A stretch of 64,000 nucleotides of DNA from contig JBARBE010000047.1 in the NCBI GenBank assembly GCA_049792735.1, forward strand, positions 57,359 to 121,358, in the 5' to 3' direction. The translations under genes were made by a program, and so were the position numbers. This document shows, one piece after another, positions 1-9,334 of this stretch. The first letter of the stretch is position 1, and each line of letters opens with the position of its first letter. This DNA is from Candidatus Acidiferrum sp. GTDB lineage: Bacteria; Acidobacteriota; Terriglobia; Acidiferrales; UBA7541. The notes under the pieces were generated by a model. That model searched no databases. It saw only the letters and a list, made by a program, of their open reading frames with translations, and was not told the DNA's origin.

Positions 1-2138
1 ACCCCTCGGGTTCTCAGTGATTTGAGCACGGATGCAGCGGACTCGGCGCGCTTCATCAAGACGCTTTCCGTAAGCTCCAGCTCGAGATGCTTCGGATCGA
101 GGCCAGTTTCACCGAGAATCGAGAACACACTTTCCAGAAAATTGTTTTCACGGAACTCCATCGAGGAAATGTTTACCGCGATGGTGCCCAGAGGCAGCCC
201 CGCGTCCAGCCAAGTACGGGCCTGCTTGCAGGCTTCACGTAGGACCCACTGGCCGATGGGGAGAATCAGACCGCAATCCTCCGCGACGGGAATAAAATGC
301 GCCGGTGAGACAGGACCGCGAGTCGGATGGGTCCAGCGGATTAGGGCTTCCGCGCCGCTTATTTCTCCAGTTGCGAGCATGACCTTCGGCTGGTAATGCA
401 ATGAGAACTCTTTCAGTTCAAGGGCGCGCCGCAGGTTCTCTTCGATAGACTGCCGCTCCACAGCCCGGACGTTCATGGCCGGCTTGAAAAATTGATAGCT
501 CTGCCGCCCATTTTCCTTGGCCTGATACATGGCGGTGTCCGCATTCTTGATGAGCGTCTCCGCGTCCAGCCCGTCGTCGGGAAAGACGCTTACGCCAATA
601 CTGGTGGTGACGCGAAGATCGTGCTGGTCGATGGAATGACCTTCGGCCACCGCCTGAAGCATTCTTCTCGCCGTAATAGCGGCGTCTTCAGGATGTTCCG
701 TTTCCGAAAGGAGTACGACGAATTCATCGCCTCCCTGCCGGCTAACCGTATCCGAGCTGCGCACGCAACCGACGAGACGTTTTGCGACGGATTGTAGAAG
801 TTTGTCGCCGATGGGATGCCCCAGGGAATCGTTGATGTGCTTAAATCCATCCAAATCCAAAAACAGGACGGCAACCTTTTTCGAGCGGCGCTCGGCGGAG
901 TTAACCGCCTGGTTCACGCGGTCGTTCAGGAGCATGCGGTTGGGCAAACCGGTCAGAAAATCGTGCTGGGCGGAATGCGTCATCTCAGCAGCCATGGCCC
1001 GCGCCGTGCTTACGTCCCGGAAAACGATCACGGCACCAGTGGCCTTGCCTTCGCGGTCATGGATCGGAGCTACCGAGTCTTCTACGGGCGTTTCGAGTCC
1101 ATCGCGCCTGACAAGGATACAATTCGACGGCAGGTGTACGGTTTTGTCGAGCCCCATTGCCATGCCCATCGGGTTCGGAGTGGTCTCACGGGTCACGGCG
1201 TCCTGAAGTCGAAACACCTCGTCCATGGGCCGCCCTATGGCTTCCTCCCACGACCAGCCGGTCATTTTTTCCGCGACAAGATTGAGGAAGGTGATATTTC
1301 CAAGAATGTCCGTGCAGATAACCGCGTCACCAATACAGTTCAGTGTGACTTGGGCGCGTTCTTTCTCGAGAAACAATGCTTCCTCGGCCTGCTTGCGGTC
1401 CGTGGTGTCCCGAATCGCACTTGAAACCAGCAGCTCACCTTCCATTTCCAGCGGGCTCAGGTTGATCTCGGCCGGAAACTCGCTGCCATCCTTGCGCAAG
1501 CCGTACACCGCTCTATTCGAGCCTGCCTTTCCCACCTGGGGGTGAACGAAGAAGTCCTCTCGCTGTTCCGGATGCTTGCGACGAAAGCGCTCCGGCACCA
1601 AAATCTCAATCTGGCGTCCGAGTAGTTCTGCCCGCCGATAACCGAACAATGGCTCTACACGCGCATTCACAAGGACGATCTTGCCCTCGCGATTGGTGAC
1701 GATCATCGCATCGGGAGCTGATTCCAGCAGCCCGCGAAACATGCTAGCCGCATCCATGCGCCCGACGGCATAACGCAGGGCGCGCAGCAACCCCCGAGAA
1801 TCTATTTGGCCCTTGATCAGGTAATCTTGCGCGCCTTCCTGTAAGGCCTGCGCTGCGAGCGTCTCGTCGTCCCTTCCCGTGAGGACCACAAGAGGAACAC
1901 GCGGCGCAGCTGTCCGTACGCGGCGCACGGCTTCCACTCCCTCTGCATCGGGCAATCCCAGGTCGAGCAAAATAATGTCGACACTACTCGTGGAGAGATG
2001 CTTCTCGGCGTCTGCCATGCACTCCAAATGGGTCAACTCTGTGAAGTGCACACTCTGCTCGCTGAGCATTTCCCGGAGCAAGCGAGCGTCTCCGGGGTTG
2101 TCTTCAACCAGGAGAAGTATTCTGATCGATTTCGCCAT
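1..2138 (-). CDS. Response-regulator receiver / PAS / GGDEF / EAL protein (C-terminus cut by window edge)
   Basis: Absent from the ORF track because no stop codon falls inside the window. The minus-strand ATG at 2138-2136 reads [25 protein letters not shown] (receiver N-terminus) and overlaps the TGA of the upstream gene by 1 nt. Reverse translation gives an intact GGDEF at 720-734 and EAL-domain blocks ([15 protein letters not shown]) within ~60-400. The + strand ORFs listed for 22-2246 are antisense shadows. Confidence 0.85.
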   Translation of the reverse strand, partial: MAKSIRILLLVEDNPGDARLLREMLSEQSVHFTELTHLECMADAEKHLSTSSVDIILLDLGLPDAEGVEAVRRVRTAAPRVPLVVLTGRDDETLAAQALQEGAQDYLIKGQIDSRGLLRALRYAVGRMDAASMFRGLLESAPDAMIVTNREGKIVLVNARVEPLFGYRRAELLGRQIEILVPERFRRKHPEQREDFFVHPQVGKAGSNRAVYGLRKDGSEFPAEINLSPLEMEGELLVSSAIRDTTDRKQAEEALFLEKERAQVTLNCIGDAVICTDILGNITFLNLVAEKMTGWSWEEAIGRPMDEVFRLQDAVTRETTPNPMGMAMGLDKTVHLPSNCILVRRDGLETPVEDSVAPIHDREGKATGAVIVFRDVSTARAMAAEMTHSAQHDFLTGLPNRMLLNDRVNQAVNSAERRSKKVAVLFLDLDGFKHINDSLGHPIGDKLLQSVAKRLVGCVRSSDTVSRQGGDEFVVLLSETEHPEDAAITARRMLQAVAEGHSIDQHDLRVTTSIGVSVFPDDGLDAETLIKNADTAMYQAKENGRQSYQFFKPAMNVRAVERQSIEENLRRALELKEFSLHYQPKVMLATGEISGAEALIRWTHPTRGPVSPAHFIPVAEDCGLILPIGQWVLREACKQARTWLDAGLPLGTIAVNISSMEFRENNFLESVFSILGETGLDPKHLELELTESVLMKRAESAASVLKSLRTRG

Positions 2139-2599
2139 CACGCGTTTTGCCTTGGCTGGGGCAACTTGACCTTGGTCAGCCAGAAATCGTTGATACTCTT
2201 GACCAGGGCCTCGAAGGCATCTAGCTGTGCCGGTTTGCTGAGATAGCAGTTGGCTTGGAGTTGATAGCTTTTCACAATGTCGGCTTCCGCTTCGGATGTG
2301 GTGAGAATTACTGTGGGGATGGTTTTCAGGCTGGGATCGTGCTTGATGTAAGCCAGCACCTCGCGGCCATCCATCTTAGGAAGGTTTAGATCCAACAAGA
2401 TGAGTTCTGGGCGGGGGGAAAGGGTGTGGCTTCCCTCGCGCCTCAGGAAGGCCATGGCCTCGACGCCGTCCGAAACCACATGCAGACGGATGGAAGCATT
2501 CGCGTCGCGGAAAGCCTCCTGTGTCAGCCGGACATCGCCGGGACTGTCTTCAACCAAGAGAACGTCAATAGGCATACCTGATCCTCCGATAGCTTGCAT
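2138..2599 (-). CDS. Single-domain response regulator (receiver only)
   Basis: 153 aa. Contains [23 protein letters not shown] and SKP motifs typical of CheY-like receivers. There is no output domain. Confidence 0.9.
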   Translation of the reverse strand: MQAIGGSGMPIDVLLVEDSPGDVRLTQEAFRDANASIRLHVVSDGVEAMAFLRREGSHTLSPRPELILLDLNLPKMDGREVLAYIKHDPSLKTIPTVILTTSEAEADIVKSYQLQANCYLSKPAQLDAFEALVKSINDFWLTKVKLPQPRQNA

Positions 2600-2773
2600 G
2601 ATCTCCCCGAACTTTCTGCCAGGGCAAACGGCAACGTGGAACTCTCGCTAGGCCCCGGCTTGTCCTTTCTGAGGTGGCCACGGAGGCACGGCATGTTGAG
2701 CGTCGCGCGACGCAGCCGCACGTCTTGGTCTTTGTTGCGCCGACAGGGAGAAGTATCTTGATGGATGTTGGGC

Positions 2774-3235
2774 TCACTCGATTAGTCTCCTCGGGGAGAG
2801 CTGGGCCGTTGTCAGCCAAAAATCATTGATGTTTTTGATGAGTTTCTCGAACGCGTCCAATTCCACGGGCTTGCAGAGGTAGCAGTTGGCATGGAGCTGA
2901 TAGCTCTTAGCGATATCCGCTTCGGCTGCCGAAGTGGTAAGGATGACCGTAGGGATGGTTTTCAGGCTGGCGTCCTCCTTGATACAGGCCAGCACCTCAC
3001 AGCCATCCATTCTGGGGAGGTTCAAATCCAGTAGGATAAGATCCGGGCGAAGGGCCATACTGCGTGCCCCTTCGCGATGGAGATAGGCCATGGCCTCGAC
3101 CCCGTCGGAAGCCAGGTGCAATTGGATGGATGGATTAGCCTCAAGGAACGCTACCTGTGTCAGCCGTGCATCACCGAGACTGTCCTCCACCAAAAGAACC
3201 TGCGTGCGCCTATCCTTGACTTCGAGACCGTTCAT
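2774..3235 (-). CDS. Single-domain response regulator, paralogue of 2138-2599
   Basis: 153 aa, roughly 70% identical by eye to the neighbouring receiver. Its start overlaps the kinase stop by 4 nt (3232-3235). Confidence 0.9.
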   Translation of the reverse strand: MNGLEVKDRRTQVLLVEDSLGDARLTQVAFLEANPSIQLHLASDGVEAMAYLHREGARSMALRPDLILLDLNLPRMDGCEVLACIKEDASLKTIPTVILTTSAAEADIAKSYQLHANCYLCKPVELDAFEKLIKNINDFWLTTAQLSPRRLIE

Positions 3236-5280
3236 GAAGTTTTCTCACTTTCCGCCAGGGCGAAGCGAAATGTAGAGCCATGCCCCAGCCTTGAGTCGAC
3301 CGAGATGCTACCGCCATGCCGCTCGACAATTTTCTTGCAGATGGCCAATCCTATGCCGGTCCCAGCAAATTCTTCGCGTTTATGCAGCCGCTGGAACATG
3401 CCAAAAATCCTTTCAAAGTACTGGGAGTCGATTCCCAGTCCGTTGTCTTTCACGGAAAATGTCCACATCTTGCCGCCATTCTTGGCTGCAGAAATGTGCA
3501 CTTTAGGGATTCCGGACCTCTGGTACTTGATGGCATTTCCTACAAGGTTCTGAAATAGCTGCACGAGTTGCATTTCGTCCGCCAGCACGGACGGCAGTGG
3601 GTCGTGAGTCACCAGCGCTCCTTTTTCCCCTATCGCGCCCTGCAGGTTGAGCAGCGCCTGTTGCAGCGCGTCTTCACTGGAGATATCCAGCAAATCTCTG
3701 CCTTTTGTCCCCACACGCGAATAGGCCAGCAAGTCCTGGATCAAGCGCTGCATGCGGCTGGCGCCATCCACTGCGAAGGCGATGAACTCATCGGCATCGG
3801 AGTCCAGCTTTCCTTTGTAGCGTCTGGACAAGAGCTGCGTGTAACTGGCCACCATGCGCAGCGGCTCCTGTAAATCGTGAGAGGCAATGTAGGCAAATTG
3901 TCCTAATTCCTCATTCGATCGGTTTAGTTCCTCGACTTTGCACAGAAGATCAGCTTCGGCCTTTTTGCGCCTGGTGATGTCACGGACCGCCACCGTCACC
4001 AGGATGCCCTCGGCGCTCTCCAGCGGGCTCAGCATAAGCTCGATCGGAAATTCGGTGCTGTCCTTGCGCCGTCCCGTAAGCTCAATCCCCGTGCCGATCT
4101 GCTGTGCCAGCGCGTCTTCCACCGATCGGAGAGCGTCCGCGACCAACCGTTCCGCGAAACCCTCCGGAATGATGTTCTTCACCTTCTGACCGATCAGCTC
4201 ATCGCGGCTATATCCGAATTGTTTCTCCGCCTGCACGTTCAGCAGCACGATGGCTCCGCTCTGATTCACCACCACCATCGCATCTGGTGCCGCCTCCAGC
4301 AGCCCGCGGTATCGGCCCTCCATCTGCGCTAGATGCTTCTCGGCGGCTTTGCGTACGCTAATATTGCGGATCGCGGCCGTCACCAGCGTCCCCTCCGCGC
4401 TTTCCAGGGGACTCAGCATGATCTCGATCGGAAATTCAGTCCCATCCTTTCGCAGGCCGATGAGTTCTATTCCCGTGCCGATCTGCTGCGCCAGCGCGTC
4501 CGCCGCGCTTCTTGTACCGTCAGCTATCAGCCGTTCCGCAAAACCTTCAGGGATAATGTTCTTGACCCTCTGCCCGACGAGTTCATCGCGGCTGTATCCG
4601 AACTGCTTTTCTGCCTGGACGTTCAGCAGGACGATCTCTCCTCCCTGGTTTACCACCACCATGGCATCCGGTGCCGCTTCAAGAAGGCCGCGGTACCGAC
4701 CCTCCATCTGGGCCAAATGCTTTTCCGCAGCCTTGCGTACGCTGATATCGCGGATCGCAGCCGTCACCAGAGTTCCTTCGGCGCTTTCCAGTGGACTCAG
4801 CATGATTTCGATCGGAAATTCCGTTTTGTTCTTTCGCCGGGCAATCAGCTCGATCCCCGTGCCGATTTGCTGCGCCAGCGCGTCTGCGGCGCTTCGCGTT
4901 CCGTCTGCGATCAGCCGTTCCGCGAAGCCCTCAGGAATGATGTTCTTTACCTTCTGCCCTACCAGTTCATCGCGGCTATAGCCAAACTGTTTTTCCGCTT
5001 GAACATTGAGCAGAACAATCTCTCCGCCTTCGTTTACGACTACCATCGCATCCGGTGCCGCTTCCAGTAACCCTCTATACTTCGCGCCGGAGTCCTTGCT
5101 CTCGGGGTTGTCACGCTGCAGCTTGCCCCTCATCACGGATTTCGTCTTCATCGCACGCCTAGCTGAAAAGGGAGTTCTATTCCGGACACGGTCCCGAGGG
5201 CTGAAAGAGGGCAGCCTGTAGCCGCGTGCCGATTTTATTCGAAGGGAATCTAAGCTTATACCGGCCCTACGCCCGGTCAA
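3232..5280 (-). CDS. Sensor histidine kinase with three tandem PAS domains
   Basis: Has a HisKA H-box (FAYIASHDLQEPLRMV) and HATPase blocks (NLVGNAIKY, DNGLGID, GTGIGLAICKKIVERHGG). The track start is TTG at 5280. An ATG at 5151 (MKTKSVM) is an alternative start. Confidence 0.9.
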   Translation of the reverse strand: MTGRRAGISLDSLRIKSARGYRLPSFSPRDRVRNRTPFSARRAMKTKSVMRGKLQRDNPESKDSGAKYRGLLEAAPDAMVVVNEGGEIVLLNVQAEKQFGYSRDELVGQKVKNIIPEGFAERLIADGTRSAADALAQQIGTGIELIARRKNKTEFPIEIMLSPLESAEGTLVTAAIRDISVRKAAEKHLAQMEGRYRGLLEAAPDAMVVVNQGGEIVLLNVQAEKQFGYSRDELVGQRVKNIIPEGFAERLIADGTRSAADALAQQIGTGIELIGLRKDGTEFPIEIMLSPLESAEGTLVTAAIRNISVRKAAEKHLAQMEGRYRGLLEAAPDAMVVVNQSGAIVLLNVQAEKQFGYSRDELIGQKVKNIIPEGFAERLVADALRSVEDALAQQIGTGIELTGRRKDSTEFPIELMLSPLESAEGILVTVAVRDITRRKKAEADLLCKVEELNRSNEELGQFAYIASHDLQEPLRMVASYTQLLSRRYKGKLDSDADEFIAFAVDGASRMQRLIQDLLAYSRVGTKGRDLLDISSEDALQQALLNLQGAIGEKGALVTHDPLPSVLADEMQLVQLFQNLVGNAIKYQRSGIPKVHISAAKNGGKMWTFSVKDNGLGIDSQYFERIFGMFQRLHKREEFAGTGIGLAICKKIVERHGGSISVDSRLGHGSTFRFALAESEKTS
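3940..5079 (-). repeat. Intragenic triplication of a 128-aa (384-nt) PAS module
   Basis: The unit YRGLLEAAPDAMVVVN.GGEIVLLNVQAEKQFGYSRDEL...AEKHLAQMEGR repeats at residues 68-195, 196-323 and 324-~445. The repeat boundaries are 5079/4695/4311. Confidence 0.85.
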
Positions 5281-5329
5281 AAAAAGCTTTGCCGCGAGGT
5301 GTCCAACGGACTACATGCTCATCCGCCAC

Positions 5330-7168
5330 TCACTTCATCGGTGCAACGAGTTGAACCTCGGATTCCTGCGGCAAGGTATAAGAGTTCGCTTCCGATGCCG
5401 CAAGGGTTCGCTCCACGGCGGCCGAGTCCAGCGGCCTGGAGAAAAGATAACCCTGAGCAAATTCACAACCAAGCGACTTCAGCAGATTCATCTGTTCGCG
5501 GGTTTCCACGCCTTCCGCGACGACTTTCATGCGCAGGTTTTTTCCAAGGCTGAGAATGGTTTTTACGATTTCCTGGCTTTCGTTGTTGTTTAGCATGTCG
5601 GTCACAAAGGACCGGTCGATTTTCAAGATATCCAGAGCAAATCGGCGCAAGTAGCTCAAAGAGGAATATCCGGTTCCGAAGTCATCGATGCACAAACGCA
5701 CTCCCAGACCTCGAAGTTCGCTAAGAATTCGCGTGGTTCGCTCCTCATCGCGCATGGTCACGCTCTCGGTAAGTTCCAGTCTCAAGATTTCTGGCACCAG
5801 GCCTGTGGTGCTCAAGACCTGGGAGATTTGACTCACTAAATTGGCCTGCGCAAACTGCTTGGCGGAGATATTGACGGCCATTGTAAACGGGGACGCGCTC
5901 GGAAATTGCAGGTTCCAAGCGCAGATCTGGCGGCAAGCTTGCTGCAAAACCCACTCCCCAATCCACAGAATCAAGCCGGTATCCTCAGCGGCTGTGATGA
6001 ACCCTCCCGGCATTACCAGGCCAAACCCCGGCCTCTGCCATCGCACCAGCGCTTCGAACCCGGTGATGCGAAAATCGATCAGCGAGACGATCGGCTGGTA
6101 ATGGATGAGAAATTCCTGTTTTTCTGTCGCCCGGCGAAGATCCGTCTCCAGCCGGAATCGGCCCGCGGCGGTGGCATGCATCGATGGGTCGCACATTTCA
6201 TACCGCGCCTTGCCAAGAATCTTGGCCCGCGCCATCGCCGTGTTTGCATCGCCGAGCATGTCTTCCGCCGCGCTATAACCACTGCCGCTGAACGCGATGC
6301 CCACACTCGCCGTGGTGAAGACCGCTTGTCCATCGACATCGAAGGGCGCTTGGATGCTTTTTTGGATTCGTTCCGCCACCCGAATTCCTTCGCTGGCGTT
6401 CCGGATGTTATCCAGCAGGATGGTAAATTTATCGCCTCCCACTCTCGCCACTATGCCGGGCTCCGCGAGTCGACCGGCCGTCCCTCCCGTTTCCGTGGTA
6501 CGCGAGATCACATCATCCCGCCGGATGGACCCAAGCAGCCGTTCCGCGATTTGCACCAGAAGCCAGTCGCCCGCCGAGATGCCCAGACTGTCATTCACGA
6601 CTTTGAAGCGATCCATGTCGACGGATAACACTGCAAATTTATAATCCGGATGGAGCATGCCCCAGCTCACGCACAGCATCAATCGCTCCAGAAAAAAGGA
6701 ACGGTTGGGCAGCTGCGTGAGCGGGTCGTGAAGAGCATCGAAGGTCAGTTTGTCTTCCAGTCTCAGAATGCGTTCACCGGAGCGCAAGCGTGCTTTCAGT
6801 TCTTCCGCGTCGCAGGGCTTCGTAATATAGTCATCGGCGCCTGCTTCGAGACCCGTGACAACGTCCACCTTGGCGGTTTTCGCGGTCAGCAAAATAATGT
6901 ACGCGTAGGGATGTTCGGAATGCCTGCGTATCTCACGGCAAACTTCGACCCCGTTGAGCCCCGGCATGAGCCAATCCAATAGTGCCAACCGCGGCCCATC
7001 CGCTCTGGACAGGGATTGCAAAGCCTGGCGCCCGTTCTCGACGGCAACAACTTCATAACCGGCTTGCCCCAACATTTTCTCCAGAAGACGTCGTGTAATA
7101 GCGTCATCGTCGGCAATGAGGATCCTCGTTGCCTGCTGTTTTTGTCCCCGCCTCGATCTCAAGTTCAC
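5330..7168 (-). CDS. Response-regulator receiver / degenerate GGDEF (GGDKF) / EAL phosphodiesterase
   Basis: 612 aa. The receiver shows ILIADDD and LALLDWLMPG. The GGDEF-domain signature reads GGDKF (6425-6439). EAL blocks are intact (EALVRW, ELTES, DDFGTGYSSL, KIDRSF, QGYLFSRP). The start codon is GTG. Confidence 0.9.
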   Translation of the reverse strand: MNLRSRRGQKQQATRILIADDDAITRRLLEKMLGQAGYEVVAVENGRQALQSLSRADGPRLALLDWLMPGLNGVEVCREIRRHSEHPYAYIILLTAKTAKVDVVTGLEAGADDYITKPCDAEELKARLRSGERILRLEDKLTFDALHDPLTQLPNRSFFLERLMLCVSWGMLHPDYKFAVLSVDMDRFKVVNDSLGISAGDWLLVQIAERLLGSIRRDDVISRTTETGGTAGRLAEPGIVARVGGDKFTILLDNIRNASEGIRVAERIQKSIQAPFDVDGQAVFTTASVGIAFSGSGYSAAEDMLGDANTAMARAKILGKARYEMCDPSMHATAAGRFRLETDLRRATEKQEFLIHYQPIVSLIDFRITGFEALVRWQRPGFGLVMPGGFITAAEDTGLILWIGEWVLQQACRQICAWNLQFPSASPFTMAVNISAKQFAQANLVSQISQVLSTTGLVPEILRLELTESVTMRDEERTTRILSELRGLGVRLCIDDFGTGYSSLSYLRRFALDILKIDRSFVTDMLNNNESQEIVKTILSLGKNLRMKVVAEGVETREQMNLLKSLGCEFAQGYLFSRPLDSAAVERTLAASEANSYTLPQESEVQLVAPMK

Positions 7169-7817
7169 GCCGGCCTCCGATGGCCCACGAGATGCCCGTT
7201 GTTAATCTCGGAAGCTGTGAACACGCAAAGAATGTCCGCAGGTTGCTGGGAAGTGCCGGCCAGTCGCCATTCATCGCGCTGAGTTCGCGGTTCGCTACGG
7301 AACAAGAGATGCGCAGATTTGGCCTTTGCCAGCTTTGCCAGATCAATTGTCATCGCAGGGTGGATTTTGCTGCTTCTCGTCTTCAATATGCTCTCCCAGA
7401 ACGTCCAACGACGCTGAGGCAACTCGCATTTACCCGTCTGCGGGCGGATGCAGAATTACATCTGGGACATTCAGTTCCTGAAAGCTGGGAGAGAGAAGGC
7501 GCAGCCCGAGAAACAGATTGTTGAAGGGTAGAGTCAGTGTCACCCCCCGCATACTAGGAGTCAATGATTACTTCCGGGCTTTGTCCGAGGCAAGCTACCC
7601 CCCGACGCGTAAATATTCCCAAGGGATCTTTCTCTTTTGAGATGTGATTTCCTGGTGCGAAACCGTAGACGCTTCGAATGCGCCAAGCAGACAGAATTTT
7701 AGGAGGAACCCTTTGCTGGGGATCACGATGGACGGAGAGGGACCTTGGACCTTATAGTTCGTGCCTGACCTGATTTTTGGCCCAATTTCTCCAAAATCTC
7801 AGTCCGTTATTGAAGAA

Positions 7818-7844
7818 CAGCGGGCGAGCCTGTAAGCCGGAATC
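7818..7844 (+). repeat. Orphan copy A of the RNase P RNA 3'-terminal 27-mer
   Basis: cagcgggcgagcctgtaagccggaatc matches 56913-56939 at 25/27 positions in the same orientation. Confidence 0.8.
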
Positions 7845-8254
7845 GTCAAGCCCATTTTTGTTTTCAATAAGTTGCGTGGAATCGACAAAAGCGATCTGTC
7901 CACGGAGTCAGTTTAGACAGCAAGAGCAGGTTTCGTGTCACAGTTATGGCACAATTTTCGATCTATCCGGGATCCTGAAAATCAGTCAAGCCGCTTCCCG
8001 GTTCCAGAGGTCTTCTTCGTTAGCCGAAAGAGATTTGGTGTACTCTAAGCGCTCGCTGCCAGCGGGCAACCCGCAGAGGAAGACCTGCGGTGCTGGCAGT
8101 TGAGATTGCCATTGAGGTGCCCAGCATCACAAGAGGTCGAGCGAACCGTCCGAAAGCGGGTGCTGATATTTTTTGGGGCGGCGACCGCGCTCCCTGCACC
8201 CATTGAGAATACTCGGATAGATGGGAATCATCGTGAATCGAGATTGAGATTGAG

Positions 8255-9334
8255 TTGATGGACGCACCTAAGGAACTAAACGAGATCGTTCTTCCGCAGA
8301 GTGTGGTCGGCCCGCTGACCCGCGCGGCGATTTTTCTGGTCCTCTGCATTCGCCCAGAACAGGACAACTATGCGACGTTGCGATCCTTCTGCGCGGACCT
8401 CTCAGGCCTCGTGCGCGCTGTAGAGTTTCGGGACGTGGAAGCCGGTCTTACTTGTGTCGTTGGATTCGGCTCGGACGCCTGGGACAAACTCTTTGGATCA
8501 CCTCGCCCCGCCGAGCTCCATCCGTTCCGGGAGATTCGCTCCGGCGGCCGCCATGCCGTCTCCACTCCAGGTGACATTCTGTTTCATATTCGAGCCAAAC
8601 GCGCCGACCTCTGTTTTGAATTGGCCACACAGATCATGGACAACATTGGTGATGTAGTTTCCGTTGCCGACGAGGTTCACGGCTTCCGCTATTTCGATGA
8701 TCGCGATGTCATCGGGTTCGTCGACGGCACAGAAAATCCGAGAGGCGGTGCAGCGCACGAGGCCGCAATTGTCGGCGACGAAGATCCAGCCTTTGCCGGC
8801 GCCAGCTATGTCGTCGTCCAAAAGTATCTTCACGACATGAAGGGATGGAATGCTCTTCCGGTTGAAACGCAAGAGCGCATCATTGGCCGCAAGAAACTCT
8901 CGGACATCGAATTGAACGACGCCGAGAAGCCGCCGTACGCGCACAATGCGCTCACCGTGATCGAAGAAAACGGAAAAGAAGTTAAAATCCTGAGAGACAA
9001 CATGCCTTTCGGCCGGCCGGGCCACGGCGAGTTCGGGACCTACTTCATCGGCTATAGCCGCACTCCGCGCATCACCGAAACGATGCTTGAGAATATGTTC
9101 GTCGGTCGTCCTCCGGGCACCTACGATCGATTGCTCGATTTCAGCACAGCGGTTACCGGGAGTTTGTTTTTTGTGCCGTCATCGACGTTTCTCGACAGCG
9201 TCAGCGGAGACGCACCGAACTCCGCCGCAATCGGAGTATCACCGAGATCGGACGCGACTTCGGCTCCATCCACGGACGATTTATCTCTCGGATCGCTCGG
9301 AATAGGATCTCTTAAAGGACAGAAACATGAATAA
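8255..9334 (+). CDS. Dye-decolorizing (DyP-type) peroxidase with C-terminal encapsulin targeting peptide
   Basis: Contains the DyP motif IGFVDGTENP. The C-terminal tail DDLSLGSLGIGSLKGQKHE (9275-9319) matches the SLGIGSLKG-type cargo-loading peptide. The likely ATG is at 8258. The 3' end overlaps the shell gene by 8 nt. Confidence 0.9.
   Translation: MMDAPKELNEIVLPQSVVGPLTRAAIFLVLCIRPEQDNYATLRSFCADLSGLVRAVEFRDVEAGLTCVVGFGSDAWDKLFGSPRPAELHPFREIRSGGRHAVSTPGDILFHIRAKRADLCFELATQIMDNIGDVVSVADEVHGFRYFDDRDVIGFVDGTENPRGGAAHEAAIVGDEDPAFAGASYVVVQKYLHDMKGWNALPVETQERIIGRKKLSDIELNDAEKPPYAHNALTVIEENGKEVKILRDNMPFGRPGHGEFGTYFIGYSRTPRITETMLENMFVGRPPGTYDRLLDFSTAVTGSLFFVPSSTFLDSVSGDAPNSAAIGVSPRSDATSAPSTDDLSLGSLGIGSLKGQKHE

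Noticed and set aside
22-2246. Many + strand ORFs in the track (for example 816-1424 at 202 aa and 1225-1545).
   Set aside because: They lie antisense to a continuous minus-strand reading frame with clear receiver, PAS, GGDEF and EAL signatures. Their own translations are Arg/Ser/Pro-rich with no recognisable motifs.
4333-5070. 245-aa and 210-aa + strand ORFs with internal repeats.
   Set aside because: They are a mirror image of the triplicated PAS coding repeat on the minus strand. The repeat structure is inherited from the real gene.
7165-7422. 85-aa minus-strand ORF whose stop overlaps (GTGA) the start of the receiver-GGDKF-EAL gene.
   Set aside because: The overlap is suggestive of coupling, but there is no Shine-Dalgarno sequence, no recognisable family and an unremarkable composition. 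The evidence is insufficient.
7947-7962. Sigma-54 promoter calls at 7947 and 10360, with a similar TGGCAC at 54655.
   Set aside because: The -24-like GGCAC is present, but the -12 element or the spacing deviates from TGGCAC-N5-TTGC in every case. I report them only as motifs inside findings, not as promoter features.
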